A stretch of DNA of 64,000 bases from an uncultured Verrucomicrobiae bacterium (GTDB lineage: Bacteria; Verrucomicrobiota; Verrucomicrobiia; Limisphaerales; UBA11358), in NCBI GenBank assembly GCA_963764035.1, contig CAVXQV010000004.1, positions 157,340 to 221,339 on the forward strand, in the 5' to 3' direction. The position numbers and the translations under genes were made by a program. Shown here in pieces: positions 25,098-33,488 of this stretch (its first letter is position 1; every line of letters starts with the position of its first letter). The notes under the pieces were generated by a model. The model worked only from the letters and a program-made list of their open reading frames with translations, made no database searches and had not been told where the DNA came from.

Positions 25098-26480
25098 TTA
25101 TTCTTTAACCAAAGTAAGAATGACTTCCTCGCGCATCCGTTTGTGAAGTGCTGCACCTGCGCCGCGCTTGCCGGGCGGTGGAAGATAGCGGCGGTTTTGT
25201 GGCAACGGACGCCGCCGGGCCGGTCGAACGGTGAATCCTGCTTCAGCGGCCAAGGCAATTACACATTCAGAATTTTCCACGAAGGTGTCGCGAAGATTGC
25301 AATTGCCGATAACATATACAGCCTTGCCGCCGGGACGAAGCACACGATAATTTTCACACACACACCTACGTAAGTCCCGCACATAGCGCCGAAGCATCCC
25401 GCGACTCCGGTTTTGCAAGTGGCCATCGCACATTTGCTCGATGATATTCTCCGTGGCTTTATCATTGTCATCGGCATCAGCCGAAACTTCCGCGCCCACA
25501 TTTGTTGAGCGCAATTCGCGAGTTTCTTCAACGTCGTGCCCCATCCACACCAAGGAAAATCTGTGGCCTCGCAAATAATCAATTGCATTTAGATATGGTG
25601 GCGAGGTTATCACCATGTCCACACTTTCATCATCCAATGGCAATTCGCGAGCATCGGCATTTTTGACCGAAGCTTGCGGACGGTTCGGCGCGATGCCGAT
25701 AAACGGTGCAGCTTTCGTGATTTGCTTCACCGCCCGCTCGAAATGGTCAAAGGCAATCAATGGTGCTTTGTCGTAGGTTTTGTGTGGGCGACTGTGCGAA
25801 ACGTCCATTGCAAGGGACACGCCCGATTGTTTTGTAATAATGAGGCGTGAAAATGCGCACCAAAGTAGCCGTTTGATTTGCTGGTCGTGCGTGCGCGAAA
25901 TGCTTTCGGCCAAGGCTGCCAGTTGCTTTCGATTTGTGTCGTCGAACCAATACCGCACAAAAATTTTTGTTTCCTCATCAGCGCCGCGCGGATAGGCATC
26001 TCGCTGTTTTATTTTTGTCGCACGTTCCCTGGCTCGGTCCAAAACTTGACCAGCCTTTTTTTCCGTGGCAGCAACATCCACATCTGAAGACCAAGCGCCA
26101 GCAATGAGAACAGCAAGCGGATCACGGTCGAATCCAATGGCCTCGTGGCCGCGCAGCCGCGCAGTGACGAGCGTTGTGCCAGAGCCGGTCATTGGGTCGA
26201 GGACGCATAGTCGTGCGCCATCGTCGGGCAGTTCACGCCAAACGATCTCCGACGCCATGCGCGCTGGAAACGGATGAATTGGGCGGAGTCGGTTCATTCT
26301 TTGCATCATTAAGACAGTCGCCTTTTGGTGGCGCAAGTTTAGTTTTACAATTCTCGCAGGAATGCAATCATGCAAGGCACCCAGTCGAATTTCTGGGATC
26401 GCCATATCAGGCTTTTGAAGATTAACCGCCATTGCCATGTTCAATCTTAACGAACTGAAAAAAGAAACAACAAACGACAA
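25098..26480 (-). CDS. DNA amino-methyltransferase (N6-adenine or N4-cytosine), SPPY type
   Basis: AdoMet motif I VLDPMTGSGTTLV, preceded by IHPFPARMASEI. Catalytic motif IV VITSPPYLNAIDY lies ~190 aa downstream. The start may be at 26441 or 26435 (internal Met codons), and the 5-prime end overlaps the divergent Z1 gene. Lower GC than the flanks. Confidence 0.88.
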   Translation of the reverse strand: MSFVVSFFSSLRLNMAMAVNLQKPDMAIPEIRLGALHDCIPARIVKLNLRHQKATVLMMQRMNRLRPIHPFPARMASEIVWRELPDDGARLCVLDPMTGSGTTLVTARLRGHEAIGFDRDPLAVLIAGAWSSDVDVAATEKKAGQVLDRARERATKIKQRDAYPRGADEETKIFVRYWFDDTNRKQLAALAESISRTHDQQIKRLLWCAFSRLIITKQSGVSLAMDVSHSRPHKTYDKAPLIAFDHFERAVKQITKAAPFIGIAPNRPQASVKNADARELPLDDESVDMVITSPPYLNAIDYLRGHRFSLVWMGHDVEETRELRSTNVGAEVSADADDNDKATENIIEQMCDGHLQNRSRGMLRRYVRDLRRCVCENYRVLRPGGKAVYVIGNCNLRDTFVENSECVIALAAEAGFTVRPARRRPLPQNRRYLPPPGKRGAGAALHKRMREEVILTLVKE

Positions 26481-28287
26481 CCGTTACGAACGGCGGCTGG
26501 CAAAATTGGTTTCGTTGGGCCAGCAGGTTGACCGCATCAAGGGCGTTGTTGAAAACGCAGTCACGAACATCCAAGCCGGACAAAAATCTTTTGTCATCTA
26601 TGGCGAACCGCAGAGCGGCAAAACCGAGATGATGATTGCCCTGACCGCGAAGTTGCTGGATGTCGGTTTCAAATTGGTGATAGTGTTGCTAAACGACAGC
26701 GTGCAACTGCTCGGTCAAAACCTGGAGCGATTTCAGCGATCCGGTTTAGCGCCGCTGCCAAAAAAGTTTAGCGAGATACTGCCGTCCGAAGTGAGCATCG
26801 GCGACCACCAGTGGGTTATCTTCTGCAAAAAGAATTCCAGCGACCTGCAAAAGCTCTTGGAAAAGATCGAGGGCCATCCGAACCGCGTTATCATTGACGA
26901 TGAGGCTGACTACGCCACGCCGAATTCCAAGGTGAATAAAAATGAAAAAAGCAAAATCAACAAATTAACCGGTGACTTGATTGGCGATCAAGGCACATAC
27001 ATCGGCGTCACCGCCACTCCAGCCCGCCTCGATTTGAACAAGACGCATCAAAATCAAAATGAGCACTGGATAGACTTTCCGCCGCATTCAAACTACACCG
27101 GCCAAGATTTATTTTTCCCCGTTTCAACCGAAAATCTGCCCTACCGGCTGACCTTCCTGCCAGATGCCGGCGACGATCCTAAGTATTTGCGAGAAGCTCT
27201 TTTTAGTTTCATGGTGAACGCTGCCTACTTGAACGAGGTCATCAATGAAGCGGAGAAAAATTATTCAATTCTGATCCACACAAGCGGCAAAAAGGCAGAC
27301 CACTCGGTTGATTACACGAACATCGTCAAAATCTTTGAGGCGTTGAAGGCCGAGAAAAACTCCAATCATGCCGGCTATTTCAAAAGAATTTGGGAAATTG
27401 CCCATGAGCGATACCCAGAACACGCCGACGACATCACGAAATACATCATCACCAATCGCGACAGAAATAACCTCGTAGTGATGAACAGTGACAAGGAGGT
27501 CAACACCGCCGAAAACAGGACTGCAACCGACCCGACAGCGCCATTCACGATCGTCATCGGTGGCAACATCGTTTCACGCGGAGTGACATTCAATAACCTG
27601 CTCTCCATGTTTTTCACGCGCGACGTGAAGCACAAGCTCCAACAAGACACTTACATTCAACGCGCCCGCATGTTTGGCTCGCGCGGGGACTATCTGAACT
27701 ATTTTGAACTCACGATACCGAAGCATTTGTATCTCGATTGGCAACAATGCTTCATTTTTCACCGGCTCTCACTTGAATCGCGGAAGCTAAATAAAAAATC
27801 TCCCGTCTGGCTCGACGGCGAACGCATCACCGCCGTCGCCAGCGCGAGCATAGACAATGCGAATGTTTTGGTGGACAAAGGGGAGATGAGCTTTGCACTT
27901 TTCGATTTCGACGAACAAACCATCGAGGACATCATCAGTCAGGACATCAAACCAATTCAGAAGGTCAAAGCTCTCGCAGAGCTTTTGGGGAAAAACTGTT
28001 TGCCGGGTTACCTGATCAATTACATTGAGAGCTTTTGTCCGGCTGGCGACAAGTCCATCGCGGTTCACCCGCCAAACTCAATTGGCAATTATACCGACAA
28101 AGAAGGAGAAGTGGACAAGGCCACAATCACGCGCACAAAAGGATTCATCGGCAAGAGTCAGATGGAAGTCAACAAATACCCTGACGCGGTTCACCACATC
28201 AATGTGGTTTACAATGATACCGGTAAAGCCCGTGTCTTCTATAAATACGAAGGAAGCATTCGGTTTTTGAAAACTGGCAAAAAATGA
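26437..28287 (+). CDS. Z1-domain P-loop ATPase (helicase-like), restriction/defence-associated family
   Basis: Walker A IYGEPQSGKTEMM, Walker B/DEAD-like VIIDDEADYATPNS, GVTATPARL. The Z1 signature is GGNIVSRGVTFNNLLSMFFTRDVKHKLQQDTYIQRARMFGSRGDY. 616 aa and clearly AT-richer than the host. Confidence 0.85.
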   Translation: MFNLNELKKETTNDNRYERRLAKLVSLGQQVDRIKGVVENAVTNIQAGQKSFVIYGEPQSGKTEMMIALTAKLLDVGFKLVIVLLNDSVQLLGQNLERFQRSGLAPLPKKFSEILPSEVSIGDHQWVIFCKKNSSDLQKLLEKIEGHPNRVIIDDEADYATPNSKVNKNEKSKINKLTGDLIGDQGTYIGVTATPARLDLNKTHQNQNEHWIDFPPHSNYTGQDLFFPVSTENLPYRLTFLPDAGDDPKYLREALFSFMVNAAYLNEVINEAEKNYSILIHTSGKKADHSVDYTNIVKIFEALKAEKNSNHAGYFKRIWEIAHERYPEHADDITKYIITNRDRNNLVVMNSDKEVNTAENRTATDPTAPFTIVIGGNIVSRGVTFNNLLSMFFTRDVKHKLQQDTYIQRARMFGSRGDYLNYFELTIPKHLYLDWQQCFIFHRLSLESRKLNKKSPVWLDGERITAVASASIDNANVLVDKGEMSFALFDFDEQTIEDIISQDIKPIQKVKALAELLGKNCLPGYLINYIESFCPAGDKSIAVHPPNSIGNYTDKEGEVDKATITRTKGFIGKSQMEVNKYPDAVHHINVVYNDTGKARVFYKYEGSIRFLKTGKK

Positions 28288-28727
28288 TTCGGGATTTTGA
28301 ATTCTATCACGGCCTTGTGTTCGCGCGGATTCTCCACGGAACGCAACGTCCGTTGTATCTTCGACCTTTTCAGTCAGTTTCAAACGCCTCCTATATCGTG
28401 AACGATACGGTCGGCATCTACATCAAGTATTCGTCAAAGCGTATGACGCCGTGGCGATTTACTTTCATGAAAGAGCATCAGGAAGAAATTGATTTGCTGA
28501 AATCTAATTTTGAGAAAGTGTTTCTGGTCTTGGTGTGCAGCGATGATGGTGTGGTTTGTTTGAATTATGCGGAACTAAAACGAATCCTCGACAACCAGCA
28601 CGACCCAATCGAATGGATTAGCGCGACGCGGCACAAACGGGAAATGTATTTGGTCAGAGGATCAAACGGAAAATTGGATTTCAAAATTGGTCAGAGTGAG
28701 TTTCCGAGCAAATTATTTGCCGACTGA
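28284..28727 (+). CDS. 147-aa protein of unknown function, translationally coupled to the Z1 gene
   Basis: ATGA start/stop overlap at 28284-28287 and the same low GC. Sequence MIRDFEFYHGLVFARILHG...SYIVNDTVGIYIKYSS...KVFLVLVCSDDGVVCLNYAELKRIL. No motif was recognised. Confidence 0.7.
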   Translation: MIRDFEFYHGLVFARILHGTQRPLYLRPFQSVSNASYIVNDTVGIYIKYSSKRMTPWRFTFMKEHQEEIDLLKSNFEKVFLVLVCSDDGVVCLNYAELKRILDNQHDPIEWISATRHKREMYLVRGSNGKLDFKIGQSEFPSKLFAD

Positions 28728-28741
28728 CTTACCTTGATTGG

Positions 28742-28830
28742 CTCCTCACCCCGGCCCTCTCCTCGTTCGGCCCGCCTACGTCCGACTTCAGCGTGACGAG
28801 CAAGGAGAGGGAGATTTGTTTTGTGGGACG
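28742..28830. repeat. Hairpin repeat element, right flank of the methyltransferase/Z1 cassette (inverted relative to 25031-25091)
   Basis: CTCCTCACCCCGGCCCTCTCCTCGTTCGGC (28742-28771), then a 29-nt extra loop, then CAAGGAGAGGGAGATTTGTTTTGTGGGACG (28801-28830). The reverse complement of the last block matches 25033-25062 at 27/30. Confidence 0.9.
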
Positions 28831-28994
28831 CAAACCCAGGGTATTCGCTGCGCTCAAACCCTGGGCTAATATCTTTCGCCCCGATGGGGCTTTTAATTTG
28901 CATTGCCCTTAGCGTCTCTGCGTCTTTGCGTTGAAAATCTTTTCGTGTAGTTCGTGTGTTTCGCGGTTAAAGCTCCGCGCTTCGTGGCCCAATT

Positions 28995-29690
28995 TTATTC
29001 CCCGCCTTCCATGTGGTAATACATGGATTGCAGGGCGATTTTGCCCGGGCCGGTGAACCGGTTCCAAACAATGTTCCCGGCGCTGGCAAAGAAGCCCGTC
29101 GAGAGTTTCTGGAACATCGTCTGCATCTGCACGGAGCGGTCTTTGTAAATCCAGCCGCCCGGCTCGATGTCTATCTCCTCGCCCGCCGCGAGCGTCACTT
29201 CAAACACGTTGCCGAAGCCGTGCAGCCACAGGATGCCCTCGCGTTGCGGGCAGGAAAAGGTGTCAATGAAAAAGCCGGTGCCGCCGAGCAGCATGTTGGC
29301 CGCGCCTTTCACGCGGGTGAAGGTGTAATCCACGTTGTCGGTGGCGGCGAGCCATTGATGTTCGCGCACGTCTACGCTTTGCCCGGGCGCCAGGTGCAAT
29401 CCCAGGACGTGGCCCGCGCCGTCGCGGCTGAAGGCGATGCGGCCCGGTCCGGTCGCGCCGGTGAGCAGGAAGGGCATGCCGGCGAGCATCCGCTTGAGGC
29501 CGCCTTTCACCGGATGAATGGCGATCTGCACGGACGGGTCTTTCCACAGCAAAATGTGGTGCTCGAAATAGACGCCGGTGTTGCTCAATTCAATCTGCAA
29601 CGCGGGCACCAGTTCGCCCTGGATGTGGTAGGTGACGCCGCCGAAAGTTTCGTCCTGTTTGTTGGTCGGTAATAAGATTGGAACGGCCAT
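28995..29690 (-). CDS. AIM24-family protein (DUF124/TIGR00266-like)
   Basis: 231 aa with LLGGTGFFIDTFSCPQREGILWLHGFGNVFEVTLAAGEEIDIEPGGWIYKD, characteristic of the AIM24 beta-helix family. Confidence 0.8.
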   Translation of the reverse strand: MAVPILLPTNKQDETFGGVTYHIQGELVPALQIELSNTGVYFEHHILLWKDPSVQIAIHPVKGGLKRMLAGMPFLLTGATGPGRIAFSRDGAGHVLGLHLAPGQSVDVREHQWLAATDNVDYTFTRVKGAANMLLGGTGFFIDTFSCPQREGILWLHGFGNVFEVTLAAGEEIDIEPGGWIYKDRSVQMQTMFQKLSTGFFASAGNIVWNRFTGPGKIALQSMYYHMEGGE

Positions 29691-29749
29691 GATTTTGCCT
29701 TTGGTTGATGGATTGGTTATTCGTTTCTTTTCGACTTAAAATTTAGCAT

Positions 29750-29974
29750 TTAGCCTCTGGCCTTTCGCGCGTAAGGCGTCGGTGTTTCGCGCAGCGCCAT
29801 GGCTTCCGTGGCGGGCATCCAGACGGCGGCGCCATCGCGCCATACGGCCAGTGGACGGCCGCGCCGCCGATGGTCTTCCACCACTTTGGCGACGGCTTCC
29901 GTCAGCGCCCGCATTGCCTGTTGCGTGAGCGATGGCTTGGTTGTTTTCTTCATGGCGTCAGGTATGCGCGGCAT
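29750..29974 (-). CDS. Small hypothetical protein (74 aa)
   Basis: MKKTTKPSLTQQAMRALTEAVAKVVEDHRRRGRPLAVWRDGAAVWMP. Ordinary composition with alternative starts at 29974 or 29953. No motif was recognised. Confidence 0.4.
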   Translation of the reverse strand: MPRIPDAMKKTTKPSLTQQAMRALTEAVAKVVEDHRRRGRPLAVWRDGAAVWMPATEAMALRETPTPYARKARG

Positions 29975-30443
29975 ACGTCAATTCCTTTGACCCCACTTGC
30001 CCAAACATTTTTCAGCATGGCGTTTTAGGAACTCCGTGTCAGGCGCAAATTTCCTCGGAAGCAACAGCGGGGCGAAGGCTGAAGGCTGACGTCTAAAATT
30101 CATTTCCGGGAAAAGCGGATGACGCGGCGCAGCCGTCGCGGCTGCGGGTTCCAGCACCGTCCCGGTGCGCGTTCCAACTGGCGGCGGGACACCCCCTTAA
30201 CCGAATCCATGCAGTTGAAAAGCGGCGTGGCGCTCTGCGTGGCTGCGACGCCCCCGTCGCAAAGCGTGCCGGCGACGCCTCGTCGCCGGAAATGGCCGAC
30301 AAACCAAACGGTGCGCCATCCATTTCGCGCGGCGAAGACGCCGCGCCCACTTTCTGCGACGGGGCGTCGCAGCCACGCGTTCCTTGCCATGCGCGCGAGT
30401 GTGCGCCGGAATTTTATTGGCGTCAATTTGTGAAATTCGTGTC

Positions 30444-32303
30444 TCAGTCCTCTTTCTTTTCCTCCGGGATTTCCTCGTCGGGCTGGCGGCCCATCAAATA
30501 AACCGCCAGGTCGCGGTGATGCGTGAAGAACCAGATTTCGTCCAGTGTCAGGTGCGCCATGAGGTTGTATTGGACGGCCAGCGGGTGTTCGTTTTCGTCA
30601 AACCACATGGGCGGCGGGTCGGGTTTTTTCTTCACCGCCACGTCGCCGGAATTGGGATCGTCAGCATCGTCATCGGTCCCGTTCTCGTCGTCCTCGCGTT
30701 CCCACGGCGGCGGGGGCAGGGGTTCCTGTTGGGCGGGGGCGAATTCCTCGGGTTTGATCGGCTCGCCGAGCTGTTTTTTCAATTCGTAGTCGTGCAGGCG
30801 CTCGATGTGTTCGGCCTGCTCGCGCCGGCTGCGCTCATATTCCGCCTCGTCCTGCTCATTCCGGAATTGTTCGGCGAGCTTCTGTTGGGCGGGCGTGGGG
30901 ACGAGCTTGGGCGCCTTCAGGCCAATGCTGATTTGGGCCTCATAATCGTGGCGCAGGCGGGCAAGACATTCGCGCGCGGCTTCGACGATTTGCGGCAGCT
31001 TCTCCACGTCGGCGTAGGATTCAATGGTCACGGTGAACTGCCGGTAGGTTCCGTTGGCCGCGGCGGCGCCCCAATCGGACGCGCCGAGCCGGGCGGAAAC
31101 GGTTTTCTCCACGAAGCGTCCGACCCACCGGCCTTCGCATTCGCGCAGGCCGGCGTCGGGCAGGCCGGCGTCGCCGGGGTCGCATTGCACTTCGCGGCGG
31201 CTGGGGACCTTCCCCGGCGGCGCGGTGATCATGCGCAATTTCGCCGGCAGCGGCCGCGGCGTGGCGGCCAGCAACGCGTCGTCCCACGGCGGCAGGGTGG
31301 CGTTGAGGGCGGCCACCTCCAATTCCACCGGCGGACAATCGGTGACGTGAAGTTCGCGCAGTTTGGGCGCGCCGCCGAGTTGCGCGAAATCGCGCGGCTG
31401 AACGGGGGCATAGGCGAATCTAAATCTGGCGTCGAACGTGGCGCATTGGAGTTGCGGCAGCCGGGTGAGCGGGCGCAGGTCGAGCGGCTGGAAGGCCGAG
31501 CAGGTGAAGCAGGTGAGTTTTTCCAGCGCGGCCAGCGGCGCGAAGTCGCGCACATCGGTTTCGAGCCTGAAATTGCGCAGGCGCGGGAACGCCTCGATGC
31601 CGTCCAGCCGTTCCACGCCGGCGAGCGTCAGGAATTCGCACGCGGGCAGCCGCGGCAGTTCGCGCAGGCTGCGGGCGGCCAGCGGCTGGCACTTCAACAC
31701 GGCCGTGCGCACTTTGGGCCAAGTGACGGGTGCGCGGAACGCCAGAAGATTGCCTTCCAGCACCAGCGTTTCCAGTTGGTCGAGTTGTTCCAAGCCGGAG
31801 AAATCCGGCCACATCGGAACGCCGTGGGCATATTGGCGCCAGTGGACAAGGGTGAGCGAGCGCAATTGCCGGCAACGCGCAATGGCGCGATAATCTTCAG
31901 ACGCGGAGAGTGTCAGATCCCGCAATTTCGGCAGATCGCCAAGCACTTCGAGGTTAACGCCGCCGCTGGTGTCCACCTTTTCCAGCGCAGGCAAAAACCG
32001 GAGCACTGAAATGTCGCGGACCGGGCGGTCGTGCCAGCCGCCATGGACCGGCCACCAGGTGAACTTGTGGAGTTGCCCGGCCGCCTTACGCACGGCGTCC
32101 TCGGTGTAATGCGGCTCGTAGGCGGGATTCAGGGCGCGCTGGCGCACCCGTTCCTGCCGGACTTCGTAGCTTTCGTGGTTATAATTTTTGCGATCCACGT
32201 GCCACCACGTCACGCCCATTTCCACGACCAGTTCCGTGGCGAACCGTTCTTCCAGCGTGCGCGCCGGATCAAGCGCCCAGCGAATGAAGGCTTCTGAATC
32301 CAT
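30444..32303 (-). CDS. Cytoplasmic leucine-rich-repeat protein with acidic C-terminal region
   Basis: 619 aa with no signal peptide. Irregular LRR units: LPKLRDLTLSAS, CRQLRSLTLVHW, LDQLETLVLEGN, FPRLRNFRLETD, LEKLTCFTCSAF, APKLRELHVTDC. The C-terminus is WEREDDENGTDDDADDPNSG...EEIPEEKKED. Confidence 0.75.
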   Translation of the reverse strand: MDSEAFIRWALDPARTLEERFATELVVEMGVTWWHVDRKNYNHESYEVRQERVRQRALNPAYEPHYTEDAVRKAAGQLHKFTWWPVHGGWHDRPVRDISVLRFLPALEKVDTSGGVNLEVLGDLPKLRDLTLSASEDYRAIARCRQLRSLTLVHWRQYAHGVPMWPDFSGLEQLDQLETLVLEGNLLAFRAPVTWPKVRTAVLKCQPLAARSLRELPRLPACEFLTLAGVERLDGIEAFPRLRNFRLETDVRDFAPLAALEKLTCFTCSAFQPLDLRPLTRLPQLQCATFDARFRFAYAPVQPRDFAQLGGAPKLRELHVTDCPPVELEVAALNATLPPWDDALLAATPRPLPAKLRMITAPPGKVPSRREVQCDPGDAGLPDAGLRECEGRWVGRFVEKTVSARLGASDWGAAAANGTYRQFTVTIESYADVEKLPQIVEAARECLARLRHDYEAQISIGLKAPKLVPTPAQQKLAEQFRNEQDEAEYERSRREQAEHIERLHDYELKKQLGEPIKPEEFAPAQQEPLPPPPWEREDDENGTDDDADDPNSGDVAVKKKPDPPPMWFDENEHPLAVQYNLMAHLTLDEIWFFTHHRDLAVYLMGRQPDEEIPEEKKED

Positions 32304-32405
32304 GCTGGCAGTCTTGCAGAAACAAGCCCACCGCGCAAGCGGCGGCGCGGTTTGTCATGTGTTTCCGCCCGGCGGGTTGGAAGCGGTCAATCCGGTGAGA
32401 TTTTT

Positions 32406-33381
32406 TCACCCGCCGATGGCGGTCATCGGGCGGCAGGGCTGGTATTGATTGCGGAACTGGTGTTCCTGCGGCTTCAAGCGCAAGCGCGGTTTCCAGCAAC
32501 TCCTTCAACGCGCCATCGTCGGCGCCGTGCCGCAACGCCGCGCGCAAATCCACCTCGATGTGATTGCCCAGGCACGGACGCACCTTGCCGTCGGCGGTGA
32601 GGCGCATCTTGTTGCAATTGTCGCAGAAATGCTGGTTCGTCAGCGCGCCGATGAAGCCGACAAGCGCGCCGATCTGTTTCAGCAGATAATATTGCGCCGG
32701 GCCGTTGCCGAGCCGGAGGTCGGGCTGCGGCACCAGTTCGTCCTTTTGCGCCAGCAATTGCATCGCCTCGCCGCACGGCAGGAAATTTTTCTCCGTCAAA
32801 ACGTCCGTCGTCGTCAGCGGCATCAATTCGATGAGCCGCAGCGGCAGGCCGTGCTCGGCGGCGAACAACACCAGCGGCCAGAGTTCCTGCTCGTTCACGC
32901 CGCGCATCAGCACGCAGTTCAATTTCACGCGTTCAAATCCCGCCGCCACCGCCGCGCGGATGCCGGCCAGCACGCGCGCCACATCGCCGCCGGTGATGCG
33001 GTGATAAATCGCCGGGTCCAGCGCGTCGAGGCTCACGTTCACCGTGCGCAAACCGGCGTCGCGCAGCGTTTGCGCCAGCGCGGCCATTTTCATTCCGTTG
33101 GTGGAAAGCGCGACCGTTTCGACGCCGGAAATCGCGGTCATGGCGCGGACGATTTCCGGCACGTCGCCGCGCACGAGCGGTTCGCCGCCGGTCAGCCGGA
33201 ATTTGCGGAAGCCCAGTCCCGCCGCCACGCGCGCGACGCGGATGATTTCGTCGGCGGTCAGATGGTCGGGCTTGCTTTCCCAGCCCTTGTAACCCTCCGG
33301 CATGCAATAGAGACACCGCTCGTTGCACCGGTCGGTGACCGAGATTCGCAGGTAATCAATTTTGCGTCCAAACGGATCCAT
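32406..33381 (-). pseudogene. moaA: GTP 3',8-cyclase MoaA (radical SAM), frame interruption near the C-terminus
   Basis: CNERCLYCMP radical-SAM cluster, and CDNCNKMRLTADGKVRPCL second cluster. After ...ETALAL the true tail KPQEHQFRNQYQPCRPMTAIGG-stop (ending at 32406) is in another frame. The ORF track instead runs on to 32269. Confidence 0.88.
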
Positions 33382-33421
33382 GACGGCTCACTTTAATTTA
33401 ACCAGGAAACACGCAAAAAAC

Positions 33422-33488
33422 CGGAACGCCGGGCACCGTCCCGGCTTGATTCCAGTGGTTTCGCTCCGAGGCGGTGCCCGGCGCTCCG
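33422..33488 (-). terminator. Long hairpin plus U-tract between mogA and moaA (terminator or attenuator)
   Basis: 17-bp arms CGGAACGCCGGGCACCG (33422-33438) / CGGTGCCCGGCGCTCCG (33472-33488), with one G-U. On the minus strand it is followed by GTTTTTTG (33421-33414). It sits 35 nt after the mogA stop and 40 nt before the moaA start. Confidence 0.5.

Noticed and set aside
22355-28900. Prophage or integrative element interpretation of the accessory patch
   Set aside because: No integrase, recombinase, structural, replication or conjugation genes and no att-like tRNA boundary were found. Only the XRE/ImmA pair and the methyltransferase/Z1 cassette are present.
30384-32009. 541-aa plus-strand ORF opposite the LRR protein gene
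   Set aside because: Its low-complexity Arg/Gly/Gln/Ala composition (GRAGEAGEFFQRGQRREV...) contrasts with the balanced, repeat-structured minus-strand product.
32920-32950. tRNA-like GTTCAAATCCCGCCGCCACC string
   Set aside because: The preceding bases cannot form a T-stem or acceptor stem, and the string lies inside the moaA coding region.
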